Virus record (IMG/VR): IMGVR_UViG_3300005546_000003
Span: 1-64,000 of that record
Source: a virus
Lineage: Duplodnaviria; Caudoviricetes
Length of the DNA: 64,000 nucleotides
Reading direction: 5' to 3' (one strand)
The translations under genes were made by a program, and so were the position numbers. Shown here one piece after another: positions 50,562-60,919 of the stretch (position 1 is the stretch's first letter; every line of letters starts with the position of its first letter). A model generated the notes under the pieces. It had not been told where the DNA came from. It made no database searches and saw only the letters and a program-made list of their open reading frames with translations.

Positions 50562-50590
50562 ATTCTACCTTGTTGGCTGGGATTTGTCAA
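50562..50590 (-). promoter_or_regulatory. Sigma70-like promoter for the endolysin
   Basis: Minus strand TTGACA-17 nt-TAGAAT; start codon 6 nt downstream. Confidence 0.7.
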
Positions 50591-50599
50591 GCCTTAGGG

Positions 50600-50806
50600 C
50601 TAGGCGCTTGGGGTATTGGCTACCACTGCATCGCTGAGCTTAGTGCTTTCAGCCTTGAGGGAATCTACTACTGCCTGGAGGGCAACAGGATCTACACCTG
50701 CTTGGGCAATGCGATCTGCAATGCCGTTAATGAGCACAATAGCACTCTCCTGGACCGTAACGCTTGCTTCTACAGCAGCTTTCAGGTCGTCGATTGACTG
50801 GGACAT
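50600..50806 (-). CDS. Small coiled-coil protein (lysis region)
   Basis: 68 aa, acidic and Ala-rich; AAGGA RBS. Confidence 0.65.
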   Translation of the reverse strand: MSQSIDDLKAAVEASVTVQESAIVLINGIADRIAQAGVDPVALQAVVDSLKAESTKLSDAVVANTPSA

Positions 50807-50809
50807 ATT

Positions 50810-51052
50810 TTAGTTTTCCTTTTCTTGGGGTTGGTTAGAGTCAACGGCGGCATCGAGGGCCTCCGTAGCTTGGTTGAGTTTGGCAACTTGAGCTTCGATT
50901 GCGTCTTTGTCTTGACCGGCTATGGCTTGGGCTATAATAGCCAGCCACTTGCCGGTACTATCGGCATGGCGGTTAACCGCGCCGATAAGGGCATTGAGCT
51001 TGAAATCGAGAGCTGCAAATTGCCGCTCACTGAATTTGGTGCATTCCCTCAT
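50810..51052 (-). CDS. Small coiled-coil protein (lysis region)
   Basis: 80 aa, coupled to its neighbours. Confidence 0.55.
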   Translation of the reverse strand: MRECTKFSERQFAALDFKLNALIGAVNRHADSTGKWLAIIAQAIAGQDKDAIEAQVAKLNQATEALDAAVDSNQPQEKEN

Positions 51053-51055
51053 GAG

Positions 51056-51268
51056 TTAGCACTGGAAATCAGGGTCATTGGGGAAGGCCGCACGGATTGA
51101 GTTAAATACTTTAACGCAAATCTTTCGGACCTTTTCTTTCTTAGCTGGGTTCTTAATGACTCCGAGCAGGATGCTCACGGCCATATTGATCAACATTTCT
51201 TCCATTGGTTTTTCCTTTCTTTGCAAAGAAGTAGCTAGAGTATACCCTAGCTGGAGGGAGTTTGTCAA
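51056..51268 (-). CDS. Small hypothetical protein (start likely MEEMLIN)
   Basis: AAGGA RBS before the internal ATG. Confidence 0.55.
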   Translation of the reverse strand: MTNSLQLGYTLATSLQRKEKPMEEMLINMAVSILLGVIKNPAKKEKVRKICVKVFNSIRAAFPNDPDFQC

Positions 51269-51271
51269 GAC

Positions 51272-51661
51272 TTATTGCTGCAATACGCCCCAGATAATTG
51301 CAGCCACACCGATGGCTCCAACAATGTAGCCCCACCAGTTGGCAAGGCTTTTGTTGCCGCCTTGTTGCGCTAGGACATAGGCTAGGATTGGGTCTATCTT
51401 GGTGTCTACCTTTTCTATAGCTGCCTTAAGGTCATCCTTAGTAGCATAATGTCCCCTCTCGCTATTGATTTGCTCGCGCAGCTCGTTGGCTTTTTCGTCC
51501 TTATAGGTCTGGATTTCCCGAGCCAACAACAGAGCGTTCCGGTCTGCTTCGTCTTTTATCTTGAGGGCTTTCTCACGCTCTTGGGCCACTTCACTATAGC
51601 GGCGGTCGCTCTCGCGGGCTAGAATTGCGAGCTCTCTGTGGGTTAAGTTTATGTCATACAT
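51272..51661 (-). CDS. Coiled-coil protein with C-terminal TM (holin/spanin-like candidate)
   Basis: 129 aa, C-terminal hydrophobic anchor, upstream of the endolysin. Confidence 0.55.
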   Translation of the reverse strand: MYDINLTHRELAILARESDRRYSEVAQEREKALKIKDEADRNALLLAREIQTYKDEKANELREQINSERGHYATKDDLKAAIEKVDTKIDPILAYVLAQQGGNKSLANWWGYIVGAIGVAAIIWGVLQQ

Positions 51662-52155
51662 TACTGAGGCTTCGATACGAGGAAGTTCCTTTCTATAGCT
51701 TGGAGGGTAGAGGTAGTAGCTTGGGAGGTAGCTTCCATTCCCTTGAGAGCTATCACTACTTCAGCTAGAGCTTGGGTTTGTTCAACGTGGTTTCTGGCTA
51801 AATGGCGGTCAGCCCGTTCGAATCTCTCCCTACCCTCTTTGACCCAGTCAGCTATAGTTTGAACTAGGGGTCTAAGGTCAGTAGCCGCACTTAGACGGCC
51901 TATTTCTTCTGACTTGGCTACGCTTTCATTCCGGAGCCTGTCTACTGTCTCGCGGCGCACTTTGAGCTCTTCGGCTTGAGCATTAACGGCTAGGGTGAGT
52001 TGAGCTATTTCATCTGCCTGCCCTTGCTTGCTGCGACGAGAAAAGAATTGCCAGCCATTAAGAATGGATAAAACTCCAAGTCCGAGCCATTGAATTACAG
52101 CGGCGGTTGGAGAGAGGAGGATAGTTGGGAGGTCAATTAGAAGTAGTGAAGTCAT
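51661..52155 (-). CDS. Membrane-anchored coiled-coil protein (holin-like candidate)
   Basis: 164 aa, N-terminal TM, coiled coil; TAATG coupling. Confidence 0.55.
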   Translation of the reverse strand: MTSLLLIDLPTILLSPTAAVIQWLGLGVLSILNGWQFFSRRSKQGQADEIAQLTLAVNAQAEELKVRRETVDRLRNESVAKSEEIGRLSAATDLRPLVQTIADWVKEGRERFERADRHLARNHVEQTQALAEVVIALKGMEATSQATTSTLQAIERNFLVSKPQ

Positions 52156-52161
52156 TTTAGT

Positions 52162-55100
52162 TTATGGGCTGGTTTGGGTGTAGGGTTTAAGGGCGGTTTT
52201 ATAACGACCTAGGAGGTCTTTTTGTTGGGCGGGTGGAAGCTCTAGGAGCTTGGGAAGGGTCTTGAGCATTACAGGTAGAGCCTCTTGACGCTCTTTGGTG
52301 TTGGCCTTTTTCCAGACTTTTAGGCGCTCTTCTGGGGTGTGGAGCTGCTCAAAGCGGCGCTGGAATTCTGGAGTCTGGGCATTAGTAAAGGTTTGCTCAA
52401 TGTCTTTGGGGGTTATCAGGCCAGATTCGCGGGCTTGGGTGGCTAGGGTTTGGGCCTTTTGAAAGTCATGCTTAGCGGCAGCTTGGCGAATCTTGAATAG
52501 AGCTTGGTATCGGTCAGACTGGGCTCTGGTCTTGGAGCCTTCCGGTCTGGTGGTTTGCTCGATATTATACATCTCTTCCTCAGCTGCTGTTTGATTGATA
52601 TCAGCTGGAGCTGGAGTCAGACCAAAGAAAGCAGGAATGCTCTTGGCAAAGCTAGAGCCACGTTCGCGTTCCTTGGCCACGTTCTGGATTCCATAGGGGA
52701 GGAATTGCTTGCCTGTGAATCTGGCGATGTCTTTTAGTTTCTGGCCTAGAGGATCATCTTCGTTGTAGATCTCGACACCAAAATAGTCTTGATTCTGGAG
52801 CATGTCGGCGGTATAGCCCAGCAACGGGTGGAGCTTATTGATTAAAGTCCGGCGAGACTTAGGGCCAACCCGCCAGAGATCCTGGTAGTGAACTATGTCT
52901 TTAATGTAGCTTGGTAGACTTACTCGTTCTGGATTGCCGCGTTCATCGGTTGCTCCAGTGCGAGGGAAGTAGGCATCCTTGAGTTCTTCTGGGCCTTTGC
53001 CATTGTAGAGATAATGGATTATAGAACCTAGCATAGCAGTCCAAATAGGTAGAGCTATTAGGTAGCTAGTGCGATAGCTCAAGCCTTTGCCTCGGAGAGT
53101 TTTAGTAAACACATCTGTAGCTCCCCCACCAAGCTCGCGGAAAGTTCCTAGGTTCCAGCCAACCGAACGAACTGTGGCATGGGCTATGTCTTTAGCAGCT
53201 CGGTGCCAGAATAGGTTATCATAGACCATTTGACCTAGGCGATTGTCAACGCTATCAACGACTTTGGAGAATAAAATCCTGGCACTCTCTTGGTCTATGT
53301 TGGGGTTCTTCTGGATTTCCATTCTATAGAGATCATAAGCCACCCCAAGCTTCATCCTCGGGACGGTATATCTCATAACTGGCTCTGAGGCTTTTTCAAT
53401 GGCTGCAAAGGGGGCTCGAATAGCTGCTCCAAGGACGTTGCCGTCTCGCCAAGCGGTCTTCATCTTGCGCACCATTTCGTTGGTATAGACTCGTTCTTGC
53501 TGGAACCTACCACCGCCCATTTGATGGGCAGCTACTGCTTCAGCATACTTGGTGTCCTGAGAGCCTGGAGTTCTGGCTTCCTGAAGCATCCTAGAGCCTC
53601 GGTAGAGGGTTTCAAGTGGAGCAGTGATAGGGTTGGATCGAGCTACTGAGCCTGCCCCTTCTAAAAATTGCCCCGAGGCCATTTGGTTGAGCGCTAGTGA
53701 GAGCTTGCTGGTGCTGGCATCAACAGTTACAAAGCCCAAGTGAAATGCGCTTAAGCCAAGTTGAACTTGGTTGAGAGTATTGGCTAGAAACATATAACCT
53801 CTAAAGCCAGTGTTGCCGCGAAGGCCAGGGCTAAGGTAGTTGTTTAGAACTCTAGCTGCTGGTTCTGGTAGGTAGTACTCGCCTCTGATTAGCTTGCCCC
53901 CTTGGGGTCTGCTATCTGGTCCACCAAAGACAGTGAACATAGAATCGTTAACCTTGGCGTAGCCGTCTGGAGCTTGATGGCCGGACTTGACGTATTTGCT
54001 CAGGCCTTTTTCTTTGAGCTCAGCAGCTATCTCAGCAGCTTTAAGGAACTTCAACATTTCATGATACTTTAGCACAAACATATCAGCTGGATTAGTGCTA
54101 ACTGGAACTAGCCCTGCATCAATGCCATCCTTAAAGGTTGCAAAAGTTCGTTGGCGCATAAACCCTTTGCGGCCAGCTAGGGGGCGAGTAGAGCTTTGCT
54201 TGCGCATAAGGTCTTGGTAGAGCTCGGTAGCCTTGGCTGGATCTTTCCATAAGTGACCAAAGTAGTTCTCTATTGCCTCCTTCAGCTTGCCGTGGCGCTG
54301 GATCATAGCTGTAGCTTCATCATTGAGCCTGCGCATAGTACGAGCTACTGGTTGGAGATGGTCTGGGAGTTGATCGATTTGGCCGAGCTCGATTTTGTCA
54401 ATCAGATCATAGCGCTCTGGAACTGAGAGGGTTTCAAGCAGCTTCCGTCCGTCTTCGACTGCATAGATAGCATGGTTGAGCCTGCGATCTTCGACTGCGC
54501 TGCGCTCGCGGACTATCATGGCAGCTCTGAGAGCACTGGGGCCTCGGGAGGCTGGCGCTAGATAACGCTGGAAGGTGTCTTTGGTATCGAGGAGGCCTCG
54601 GGCGATTTTCTTGGAAGCTCCGATGATATCATCGCTGATGAATTTCCCTAGGGCCATATCCCACAGGGCTCGCAGGTGAGGGCGGATTCCTGGTCCGTGC
54701 ATGATGGTCATGCGGGTGTTCCAGTCTTTGAAACTTTGAACACCTTTCATCAAGAGCTTGCCGGATTCAACTATGCCCTTGATGCCGAGACTAATTGGGT
54801 CAGCAGCATGGAGAATGCTGGAGTTGAACTGATCATAGGTGCCAAGGTTGCCGATGGCGGACTTGACCTGGGTTGGGTCTAGGGCTATGTAGCTGATAGA
54901 ACCTGGGTCCTCACTTGCGTTCTTGTAGCGAACTCCGTCGTATCCCATCTCCTGAAGCTTGGCTCGAACTACGCCCATAGCAGCGGCTTGCTGAGCCTTA
55001 GGTCCACCTTCAGTCTTTCGGTAAACGCTACGTATCTGCTGGATATCTGGCTCAGTAAAGACTCCTGCATCAGCCAATGCCTTAGCCACACCAAGGGGCG

Positions 55101-58100
55101 CTGCGAAGTTTCCTAGGTCTGGAAGGGTAACTGGGTTCTCGATCCTTACATAAGTTGGTAGGACGTTTAGAGGTTTCTTGGCTACCAGAGCTTCCTTTGG
55201 TCTACCAGGCCACTGCTCTAGAACTCCCGTTTGGCGCTCTGTGCTACTAGCTCTTCTCTCATAACCTTCTCCCCTGACAGCCACTGAGTCAATGCTTTCA
55301 GTGATTCTATCTACCGCCGCCTTAGAGGTACCAAAATGAATACCTAAGTCCCCATTGAGTTTGAAGGCCTCAAAGTCTTTAGTGGTGCCGTGGTAGAGCT
55401 CTTGGAACGATCCATCGCTGCGCTTAAAGATACTCTTAGGCCCCATAAACTCAGTGAGCCGTTCATGCTGCTCCCGCTCAGCTGGGTCCTCTAGGTTGAA
55501 CTTACGTTCTTGGAAGATAGAGGCGCTTGGCTTGCTGACCCGCTCTTCGCTGCCCGCAAGACCTTCTCGAAGTTCACTCCCTCTTGGCTCGCCATATCCT
55601 GGAGTGCCTTGAGTGCTGCTGGATTGTTTAAGTTGTGCATTATCAGCACCAGAAAGTCCAGTTCGTCGTCGCTCAAAGGCTCGGGTACGCTCGTTGCTGA
55701 TGCGCTTGTCGTAGGTGATGAGTTTTTCATAAAATGATTCTCCGCCTCGTTCTAGGAGGCCTATTAGATTTTCCCTGTGCTGCTTTAGGATGCTTCGAGA
55801 GAGCTGAAGGTTTTCTTTCAGAGCCAGCTCGAACATTCGGTCGGGTTTTGGTGCATGAGGGAGCTCGGTGTGGGTTAGTTCATGGATGGTGCTGGCGATC
55901 CAGTCCCGAGCTACGTACTTTGGCAGGGCGTCTTCTGCTAGAGTACCATTATTAAACAGACGAATAGCTTCCCGCACAGACGCGAATGGGTTAACAAAGC
56001 TTCCCTCGCCCGGGCTGTGAACTCCTTTATGCCAACCTAGAGTTATGCCGCCGAACTTGGTATCCTTGTAGAGACCCTGCATATATTCGTTGCCGCCCCA
56101 GCTGGCTTGGATTTTAGCCCTAGCATCCTCGAAGACTTGCCGCAAGTAGGTTACAGCAGAGCCTAGTTCAGGGTCAGAAGCTATCTCGGCTCGGAGCTCT
56201 GGCGGAGCGGCTTTGTCGGGATCGACAATATATAGAGGCTCTTCCTCAGAGCTAGAGCGTAGACGTTCGGCTCTATAGGTTAGCTGAGCTTCAGGTACAG
56301 TTGTGCCTTCTGGTGCGATCTCATCGAAGCCAATGGGCATGTTGGGGTCATATTGCTCAAGGGCGTCTCGGATTTCGTAGTCTTGCTGGGCTGAGAATTT
56401 CTTCTTTTGTAGCTCTGGCTTTATCTGCTCTGTTGCTGCTTTTGATTGATACCACTCAGGGTGCGCATCAAACATGGCCCGCCCCGTAGCCAAAGCCTTT
56501 TCTTTCCCCACGTAAGACTTCACTTGTCCGGGCGCACTGTATTCCATCGGCTTCCCGTTAATGTAAGGAGCAAACCTCCCATCTCCCATAGACTTGACCG
56601 TAACCTGTGCAGACTTCGTTTGCTCCACTACTTCACCAGAGACTTCAGGTCTAGCTGGCTGCTCTAGGGGTGAAGCAACGGGGGCTGCGCTGGATGGTTC
56701 TTTCCCTGCCTCAAAGCTAGGGTACTTGATCGTTTCATAAACCTTAGCTCGGTGTACTGCGGTTGCTCCGCGTACTAAGTCGGCGGCTTCTAGCCCGCGA
56801 CCGTCTTCGGTTTGAAGTACCGTGGCTGTTGGATACTTTTTCTGCAACTCTGCGGCAGTTCGTTTACTCCACTCGCTATAGGATTCACTTGGCGGTGTTG
56901 GATCTTCAGTCCACGTCTGACCTTGCTCTCGAATACGAATACTCTCTGGTGTCTCTGCTTCAACCTGTTTAGCAGCTGCTTCAGCTTCTGCTCTAGCTGC
57001 TGGTGAGGTTGGCTCCTTTGGAACTAGGGTCTCCCCACTAATACTCTGCACCCTAGCAGCTCGCTGAGCTCTAATCGCTTCAATCTTCTGCGCCCTGCTC
57101 TTAACCTCAGCCCCACTAAGCACATCGCTATCTTTTGGCCCACGCATAGGTGCAAGCTTGGATTCAAGGTAACTTGGAGGTAGGACTTCAATTTTGCCTC
57201 GCTGAATTGGAATCAAATCTCTAGCTGTTGCGGGGCGAACAGTTCCAGTCTTAGCATCTCTAACCTTAACTCTCTCCGGCCCCATAGTGCTAAGAGCTCC
57301 CATATTCAAGCCCCCAGCTAGAGCCTCTGGTAGTTCAGCTCCTTCAGCCAATCCCTGCCCAGTAGCTGCCGTACCCCAGATAAGAGCATTAGCTACTCGC
57401 CCAAGTGGGGCAGTCAAGCCCATACCAAAGTGATAAACCATACCCTCACCAAAGCCCCTAGCCATTCCCTTAGTACCTTCGCGTCCCCGTTGCATGGCCA
57501 TTTGGAGTGGTAAGTTAGCAGCGCCGAGAACTTCGCCTCCAGCCACAAGAGCTGGAAGCTGGACTCCAGTGCTACCAATACCTTCATTGAGGGCTAGGCC
57601 AAAGCGTTCAACAGCATTCCTTGGAGCTGGAGCTAGAGCTCTCATCTCCTCCTGTTTGCCTTTGAGCCAATCCTCGGCTTTATAAAAAGGCTGAGCCATA
57701 GCTGTAGTAGGTCTTGGGTTATCCCGACCTGTGGCTACATCATAAATGTCTTCAGCTACTAGGACTGGAATATTCCCATACCTTATACCACTACCAATCA
57801 TGCCCAGGAAGCCTCCAACCCCACCAACTACACCGCGAGTAACAGCGGCTGCTCCAGGATTAAAAGCCGAGCTAGCTGCTATAGACTCGCCAAGGGAGGG
57901 CCTAGCTGAAGAGGCGATGGAACTTACTTCTCCTTCAACTCTAGCGCCTGCCATGCGATTTTGTGTTGGAGCCTGGGGTTGCACAGGGGCCTGAGCTGCT
58001 GGCTGAGTTACTTGTCCCTTTGGCCGCTTGGTTCTAACTTGCTGCTCTAGCTGTTGAAGGAATCCCCCACCCCTAGGTTGCTGTTGAACCGGGGTTCCAC

Positions 58101-58533
58101 CTAGGATCTTCTGCACATAATCTTGAGTTTCTCTATATGGGGGAATGCCACCATACTTCTTCACCGCGCCCTCACCAGCATTATAACCCGCTAGGGCTAA
58201 ACTTAGATCTCCCTTAAACATCCCCAGCAAATCACTCATGTAGCGCTTCCAGCCCTGAATGGAGCTAACAGGATCATTAACATCTACCCCATAACGCGCC
58301 GCCGTTCCCGGCATAAACTGGGCGAACCCACGAGCTCCCTTAGGACTAACAGCATTGCTCTTGTAGCTAGACTCCTGCCCCAGCTGCCGAAGGGCAACAT
58401 CGTGTGGAATACCAATTTCATCCGCCGAGCTCCGGATAAGCGAATCCAGTTCTGGAGTCAAACCTCCAGCCCTGCTTCGAGTCCGCCGTCTTGGTGTGAT
58501 TTTACTTTCTAGCTCTTCGAGGAATCCTGGCAT
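52162..58533 (-). CDS. Giant internal virion/ejection polyvalent protein: lytic transglycosylase + HExxH metallopeptidase-like + ADP-ribosyltransferase-like domains
   Basis: QESSYKSNAVSPKGARGFAQFMPGTA...ALAGYNAG...ETQDYV (SLT); STIHELTH; LYHGT...GIHFG...YVRIENP...GYDGVRYKN...YIALDPTQVKS (ART-PolyVal pattern). Confidence 0.82.
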   Translation of the reverse strand: MPGFLEELESKITPRRRTRSRAGGLTPELDSLIRSSADEIGIPHDVALRQLGQESSYKSNAVSPKGARGFAQFMPGTAARYGVDVNDPVSSIQGWKRYMSDLLGMFKGDLSLALAGYNAGEGAVKKYGGIPPYRETQDYVQKILGGTPVQQQPRGGGFLQQLEQQVRTKRPKGQVTQPAAQAPVQPQAPTQNRMAGARVEGEVSSIASSARPSLGESIAASSAFNPGAAAVTRGVVGGVGGFLGMIGSGIRYGNIPVLVAEDIYDVATGRDNPRPTTAMAQPFYKAEDWLKGKQEEMRALAPAPRNAVERFGLALNEGIGSTGVQLPALVAGGEVLGAANLPLQMAMQRGREGTKGMARGFGEGMVYHFGMGLTAPLGRVANALIWGTAATGQGLAEGAELPEALAGGLNMGALSTMGPERVKVRDAKTGTVRPATARDLIPIQRGKIEVLPPSYLESKLAPMRGPKDSDVLSGAEVKSRAQKIEAIRAQRAARVQSISGETLVPKEPTSPAARAEAEAAAKQVEAETPESIRIREQGQTWTEDPTPPSESYSEWSKRTAAELQKKYPTATVLQTEDGRGLEAADLVRGATAVHRAKVYETIKYPSFEAGKEPSSAAPVASPLEQPARPEVSGEVVEQTKSAQVTVKSMGDGRFAPYINGKPMEYSAPGQVKSYVGKEKALATGRAMFDAHPEWYQSKAATEQIKPELQKKKFSAQQDYEIRDALEQYDPNMPIGFDEIAPEGTTVPEAQLTYRAERLRSSSEEEPLYIVDPDKAAPPELRAEIASDPELGSAVTYLRQVFEDARAKIQASWGGNEYMQGLYKDTKFGGITLGWHKGVHSPGEGSFVNPFASVREAIRLFNNGTLAEDALPKYVARDWIASTIHELTHTELPHAPKPDRMFELALKENLQLSRSILKQHRENLIGLLERGGESFYEKLITYDKRISNERTRAFERRRTGLSGADNAQLKQSSSTQGTPGYGEPRGSELREGLAGSEERVSKPSASIFQERKFNLEDPAEREQHERLTEFMGPKSIFKRSDGSFQELYHGTTKDFEAFKLNGDLGIHFGTSKAAVDRITESIDSVAVRGEGYERRASSTERQTGVLEQWPGRPKEALVAKKPLNVLPTYVRIENPVTLPDLGNFAAPLGVAKALADAGVFTEPDIQQIRSVYRKTEGGPKAQQAAAMGVVRAKLQEMGYDGVRYKNASEDPGSISYIALDPTQVKSAIGNLGTYDQFNSSILHAADPISLGIKGIVESGKLLMKGVQSFKDWNTRMTIMHGPGIRPHLRALWDMALGKFISDDIIGASKKIARGLLDTKDTFQRYLAPASRGPSALRAAMIVRERSAVEDRRLNHAIYAVEDGRKLLETLSVPERYDLIDKIELGQIDQLPDHLQPVARTMRRLNDEATAMIQRHGKLKEAIENYFGHLWKDPAKATELYQDLMRKQSSTRPLAGRKGFMRQRTFATFKDGIDAGLVPVSTNPADMFVLKYHEMLKFLKAAEIAAELKEKGLSKYVKSGHQAPDGYAKVNDSMFTVFGGPDSRPQGGKLIRGEYYLPEPAARVLNNYLSPGLRGNTGFRGYMFLANTLNQVQLGLSAFHLGFVTVDASTSKLSLALNQMASGQFLEGAGSVARSNPITAPLETLYRGSRMLQEARTPGSQDTKYAEAVAAHQMGGGRFQQERVYTNEMVRKMKTAWRDGNVLGAAIRAPFAAIEKASEPVMRYTVPRMKLGVAYDLYRMEIQKNPNIDQESARILFSKVVDSVDNRLGQMVYDNLFWHRAAKDIAHATVRSVGWNLGTFRELGGGATDVFTKTLRGKGLSYRTSYLIALPIWTAMLGSIIHYLYNGKGPEELKDAYFPRTGATDERGNPERVSLPSYIKDIVHYQDLWRVGPKSRRTLINKLHPLLGYTADMLQNQDYFGVEIYNEDDPLGQKLKDIARFTGKQFLPYGIQNVAKERERGSSFAKSIPAFFGLTPAPADINQTAAEEEMYNIEQTTRPEGSKTRAQSDRYQALFKIRQAAAKHDFQKAQTLATQARESGLITPKDIEQTFTNAQTPEFQRRFEQLHTPEERLKVWKKANTKERQEALPVMLKTLPKLLELPPAQQKDLLGRYKTALKPYTQTSP

Positions 58534-60109
58534 TTGGCTTAGCTACTTCCCCGCCTGGATTGGGCCACGGCGTGAGATCGTCTTGCAATACTATAATCTG
58601 TCCAGCTGCATAGGCGTTCTTCACAGCCGTCCAGACTTGATTAGCTGCGTCTGAGTTTTCTGCTCCAGCCCGCTTGGCAGTCTCTAGAACCTCTCTTAGC
58701 ATAATGGGCTCTTTGCCCTGCATAGCATAAGTAAAGAAGGTTCCTGACATAGCCTCTCTAAATTTATCTGCTTCCTTCTGGGCCATACGTATAGCGGAGC
58801 TCTTAATAGCTCCTGGATTAGCCTTTAATAGTTGGAGCTCGTGCATCATTTCTGGATCTAGAGCTTGAATAGTTCCACTCTGCTGCGCTAGGTTAAGCTC
58901 ACTTGTCAGTTGCTGTTCAATCTCCAGCGCCTTAGCTTTAACATACTCATCCCTCTGCTGCGGCCCGAAGACCATCATGCTCTTCATTTGAGCAGCTTTA
59001 GCAGCATCTTGCGGGTCAGTCTGTGAGCCCTCTCGATTGCGCTTGGCTATTTCACTTAGAGTATTTTGAATGTTGGCCTTCTGGCCCAGTCGTGCAGTCT
59101 GAAGAGCTTCAAGCTGATTCTTGGCGGCTTGTCTTTCGGGGAATGGGGCATTAGGGTCAGAGGCTTTTCTATAAAGATTAGCCTCAGTCTGGATCTCTTC
59201 CTCAGCTGGGCCAAGTTTGATTCCAGCTAGCTGATTGATCTCCATAGGATTTAATGGGGTTCCTCTAGCATCCCCGATGGCCTTTACTCTAGCCTGAAAC
59301 TCAGCTGAAATCATTGCCAACTGGCTCTGCTCTCTAGCTTGAGATTCAATCCCAAAGTTCTGCAACGCAGTCTTTTGACTCAAGGCACTTTCCAACTGAT
59401 GCATTCCCCATTGGCGCTCCAGTTCACTGTCCCTCAGCCTTTGCTGCCTAGCTTCTTGCATTTGCTGCTGACTCATCCCTAAGCTGCTCTTCATCATCGG
59501 AGCTCCATGCCGAAGCGATTGTTGGATGCCAGCTATCCGCTGGTCTAGTTCGTCTATTTGATTTCCGATTCCTCCGGTATATCTACTAGTAACCGGAGCT
59601 GGGCCCTCTATAGCTGGGCTCCCACCAGTTGGTGGTAAGATAGCTGGATGGTCCACCAGTGGATTCCGTGGCATTGGGGCCATTGCTCCAGCCATACCGC
59701 CAACTCGTTGATCCTGTGGTTGGCTTCTGCCTGGGGGCAGAGGGGCATTATTATCCACTGGAACCTGTTGCTGTAGTGCTGGTCCTTGAGGCATCGGCGG
59801 CACAACTGGTTGGCCCTGGATCTTAGGCGTAGCCACGCTGGGCGGTGCCTCTTCAGCCATATACTGACCGCTCTCTACCATTATATCTGGCACCAGAGCA
59901 GCTGCTAGTTCATCCGGCATGCCGAGGTTCTTTAAGCCCAATCTCTTAGCATGCCCAGGAAGGTTAGGATCATTTATCAGCGCACTAAGAGCTAGCTGTC
60001 GCTGAGACTGCTCCATAGCGTAGTCCTGCTCTCGCTTACGCGCATATCCTCGCTCCATTGTGCCGCCGAAGCCTTTAACTAGGCCTGCAAATAAGTTTCC
60101 TGCTCCCAT
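58502..60109 (-). CDS. Internal virion (ejection) protein, putative
   Basis: 535 aa, Gln/Pro/Ala-rich, N-terminal LFAGLVKGFGG, position in the ejection cluster. Confidence 0.6.
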   Translation of the reverse strand: MGAGNLFAGLVKGFGGTMERGYARKREQDYAMEQSQRQLALSALINDPNLPGHAKRLGLKNLGMPDELAAALVPDIMVESGQYMAEEAPPSVATPKIQGQPVVPPMPQGPALQQQVPVDNNAPLPPGRSQPQDQRVGGMAGAMAPMPRNPLVDHPAILPPTGGSPAIEGPAPVTSRYTGGIGNQIDELDQRIAGIQQSLRHGAPMMKSSLGMSQQQMQEARQQRLRDSELERQWGMHQLESALSQKTALQNFGIESQAREQSQLAMISAEFQARVKAIGDARGTPLNPMEINQLAGIKLGPAEEEIQTEANLYRKASDPNAPFPERQAAKNQLEALQTARLGQKANIQNTLSEIAKRNREGSQTDPQDAAKAAQMKSMMVFGPQQRDEYVKAKALEIEQQLTSELNLAQQSGTIQALDPEMMHELQLLKANPGAIKSSAIRMAQKEADKFREAMSGTFFTYAMQGKEPIMLREVLETAKRAGAENSDAANQVWTAVKNAYAAGQIIVLQDDLTPWPNPGGEVAKPNARIPRRARK

Positions 60110-60918
60110 TATGGCCCCGACTTTCCGGGAAGACTCAGAGGCTTAGAAGTCTTTCCTTTATTAAGTAGTCCGCCTGGAGATAGCAATATCCCCAGCAAGT
60201 TCCCAATGCCTTCGCCAAAGGCTCCAGACTTTTCAGCACTTTGCTGAGACTTAAACATCTCTAGTTGATTCTGCTGGCCTTGCTGACCTAATAGGGCTTG
60301 AAGAATGCCATTCATTCCCCCGGTAGCTCCAGTTTGCAAATTAACTCCGCTCCCCAGCAGTCCCTGCCCTATTCCTGCTAAGCTACTCGCAGCTCCACTT
60401 TGTGCCCCAAATCTCAATCGTGCTATTTGACTTCCTAGCTGGCTTTGCTGGTCGCCTAATAGTTGGGCCGTGTTTCCTCTAGGTGCAAACTTAGCAATAT
60501 TCTGCAGCTGCGCTTGGCTGCCAGTTCTAAGATCTGATATCGGCCCGGCTAGGGCCCTATTCAATCCCTCGCCGCCACCAAGTAGGTTCTTGAAGTAATC
60601 CCCAGCATTGGTCATGTAGCCAGCACCTTGACCTACTAGGGGTTTCCCTTGGTCTATCAGCCCTTGGCTCATAGTGCCCTGTTTGGCTATGGCATCTCTA
60701 AGAGCCTGATTAGTTGCTAGTTGGTCTGGGTTAGCACTAGAGCTAGAACCCGAACTAGAACTTCCACCCCTAGAATTCAGTAATCCTCCGGCAGCACCGG
60801 CTGCTGCGCCAATGCCACCTGCCAGCTTAGCACCGATACCTACCAGCGGTCCTATGCCAGGAATCAGGCTAGCAGCTATTGGCAGCCCTACCTTGAGGAC
60901 CTTTTTCATAAACGACAT
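60109..60918 (-). CDS. Internal virion (DNA pilot/ejection) protein, putative
   Basis: 269 aa, Gly/Ala/Ser/Gln-rich with amphipathic N-terminus, P22 gp7-like character. Confidence 0.65.
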   Translation of the reverse strand: MSFMKKVLKVGLPIAASLIPGIGPLVGIGAKLAGGIGAAAGAAGGLLNSRGGSSSSGSSSSANPDQLATNQALRDAIAKQGTMSQGLIDQGKPLVGQGAGYMTNAGDYFKNLLGGGEGLNRALAGPISDLRTGSQAQLQNIAKFAPRGNTAQLLGDQQSQLGSQIARLRFGAQSGAASSLAGIGQGLLGSGVNLQTGATGGMNGILQALLGQQGQQNQLEMFKSQQSAEKSGAFGEGIGNLLGILLSPGGLLNKGKTSKPLSLPGKSGP

Positions 60919-60919
60919 C

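Noticed and set aside
3131-58160. Other ATACTTC/GAAGTAT words (near 3134, 7971, 9152, 38702, 58153)
   Set aside because: They lie inside coding sequence without the TRGYGWAG motif or flanking stems, so they are not Y-RNA copies.
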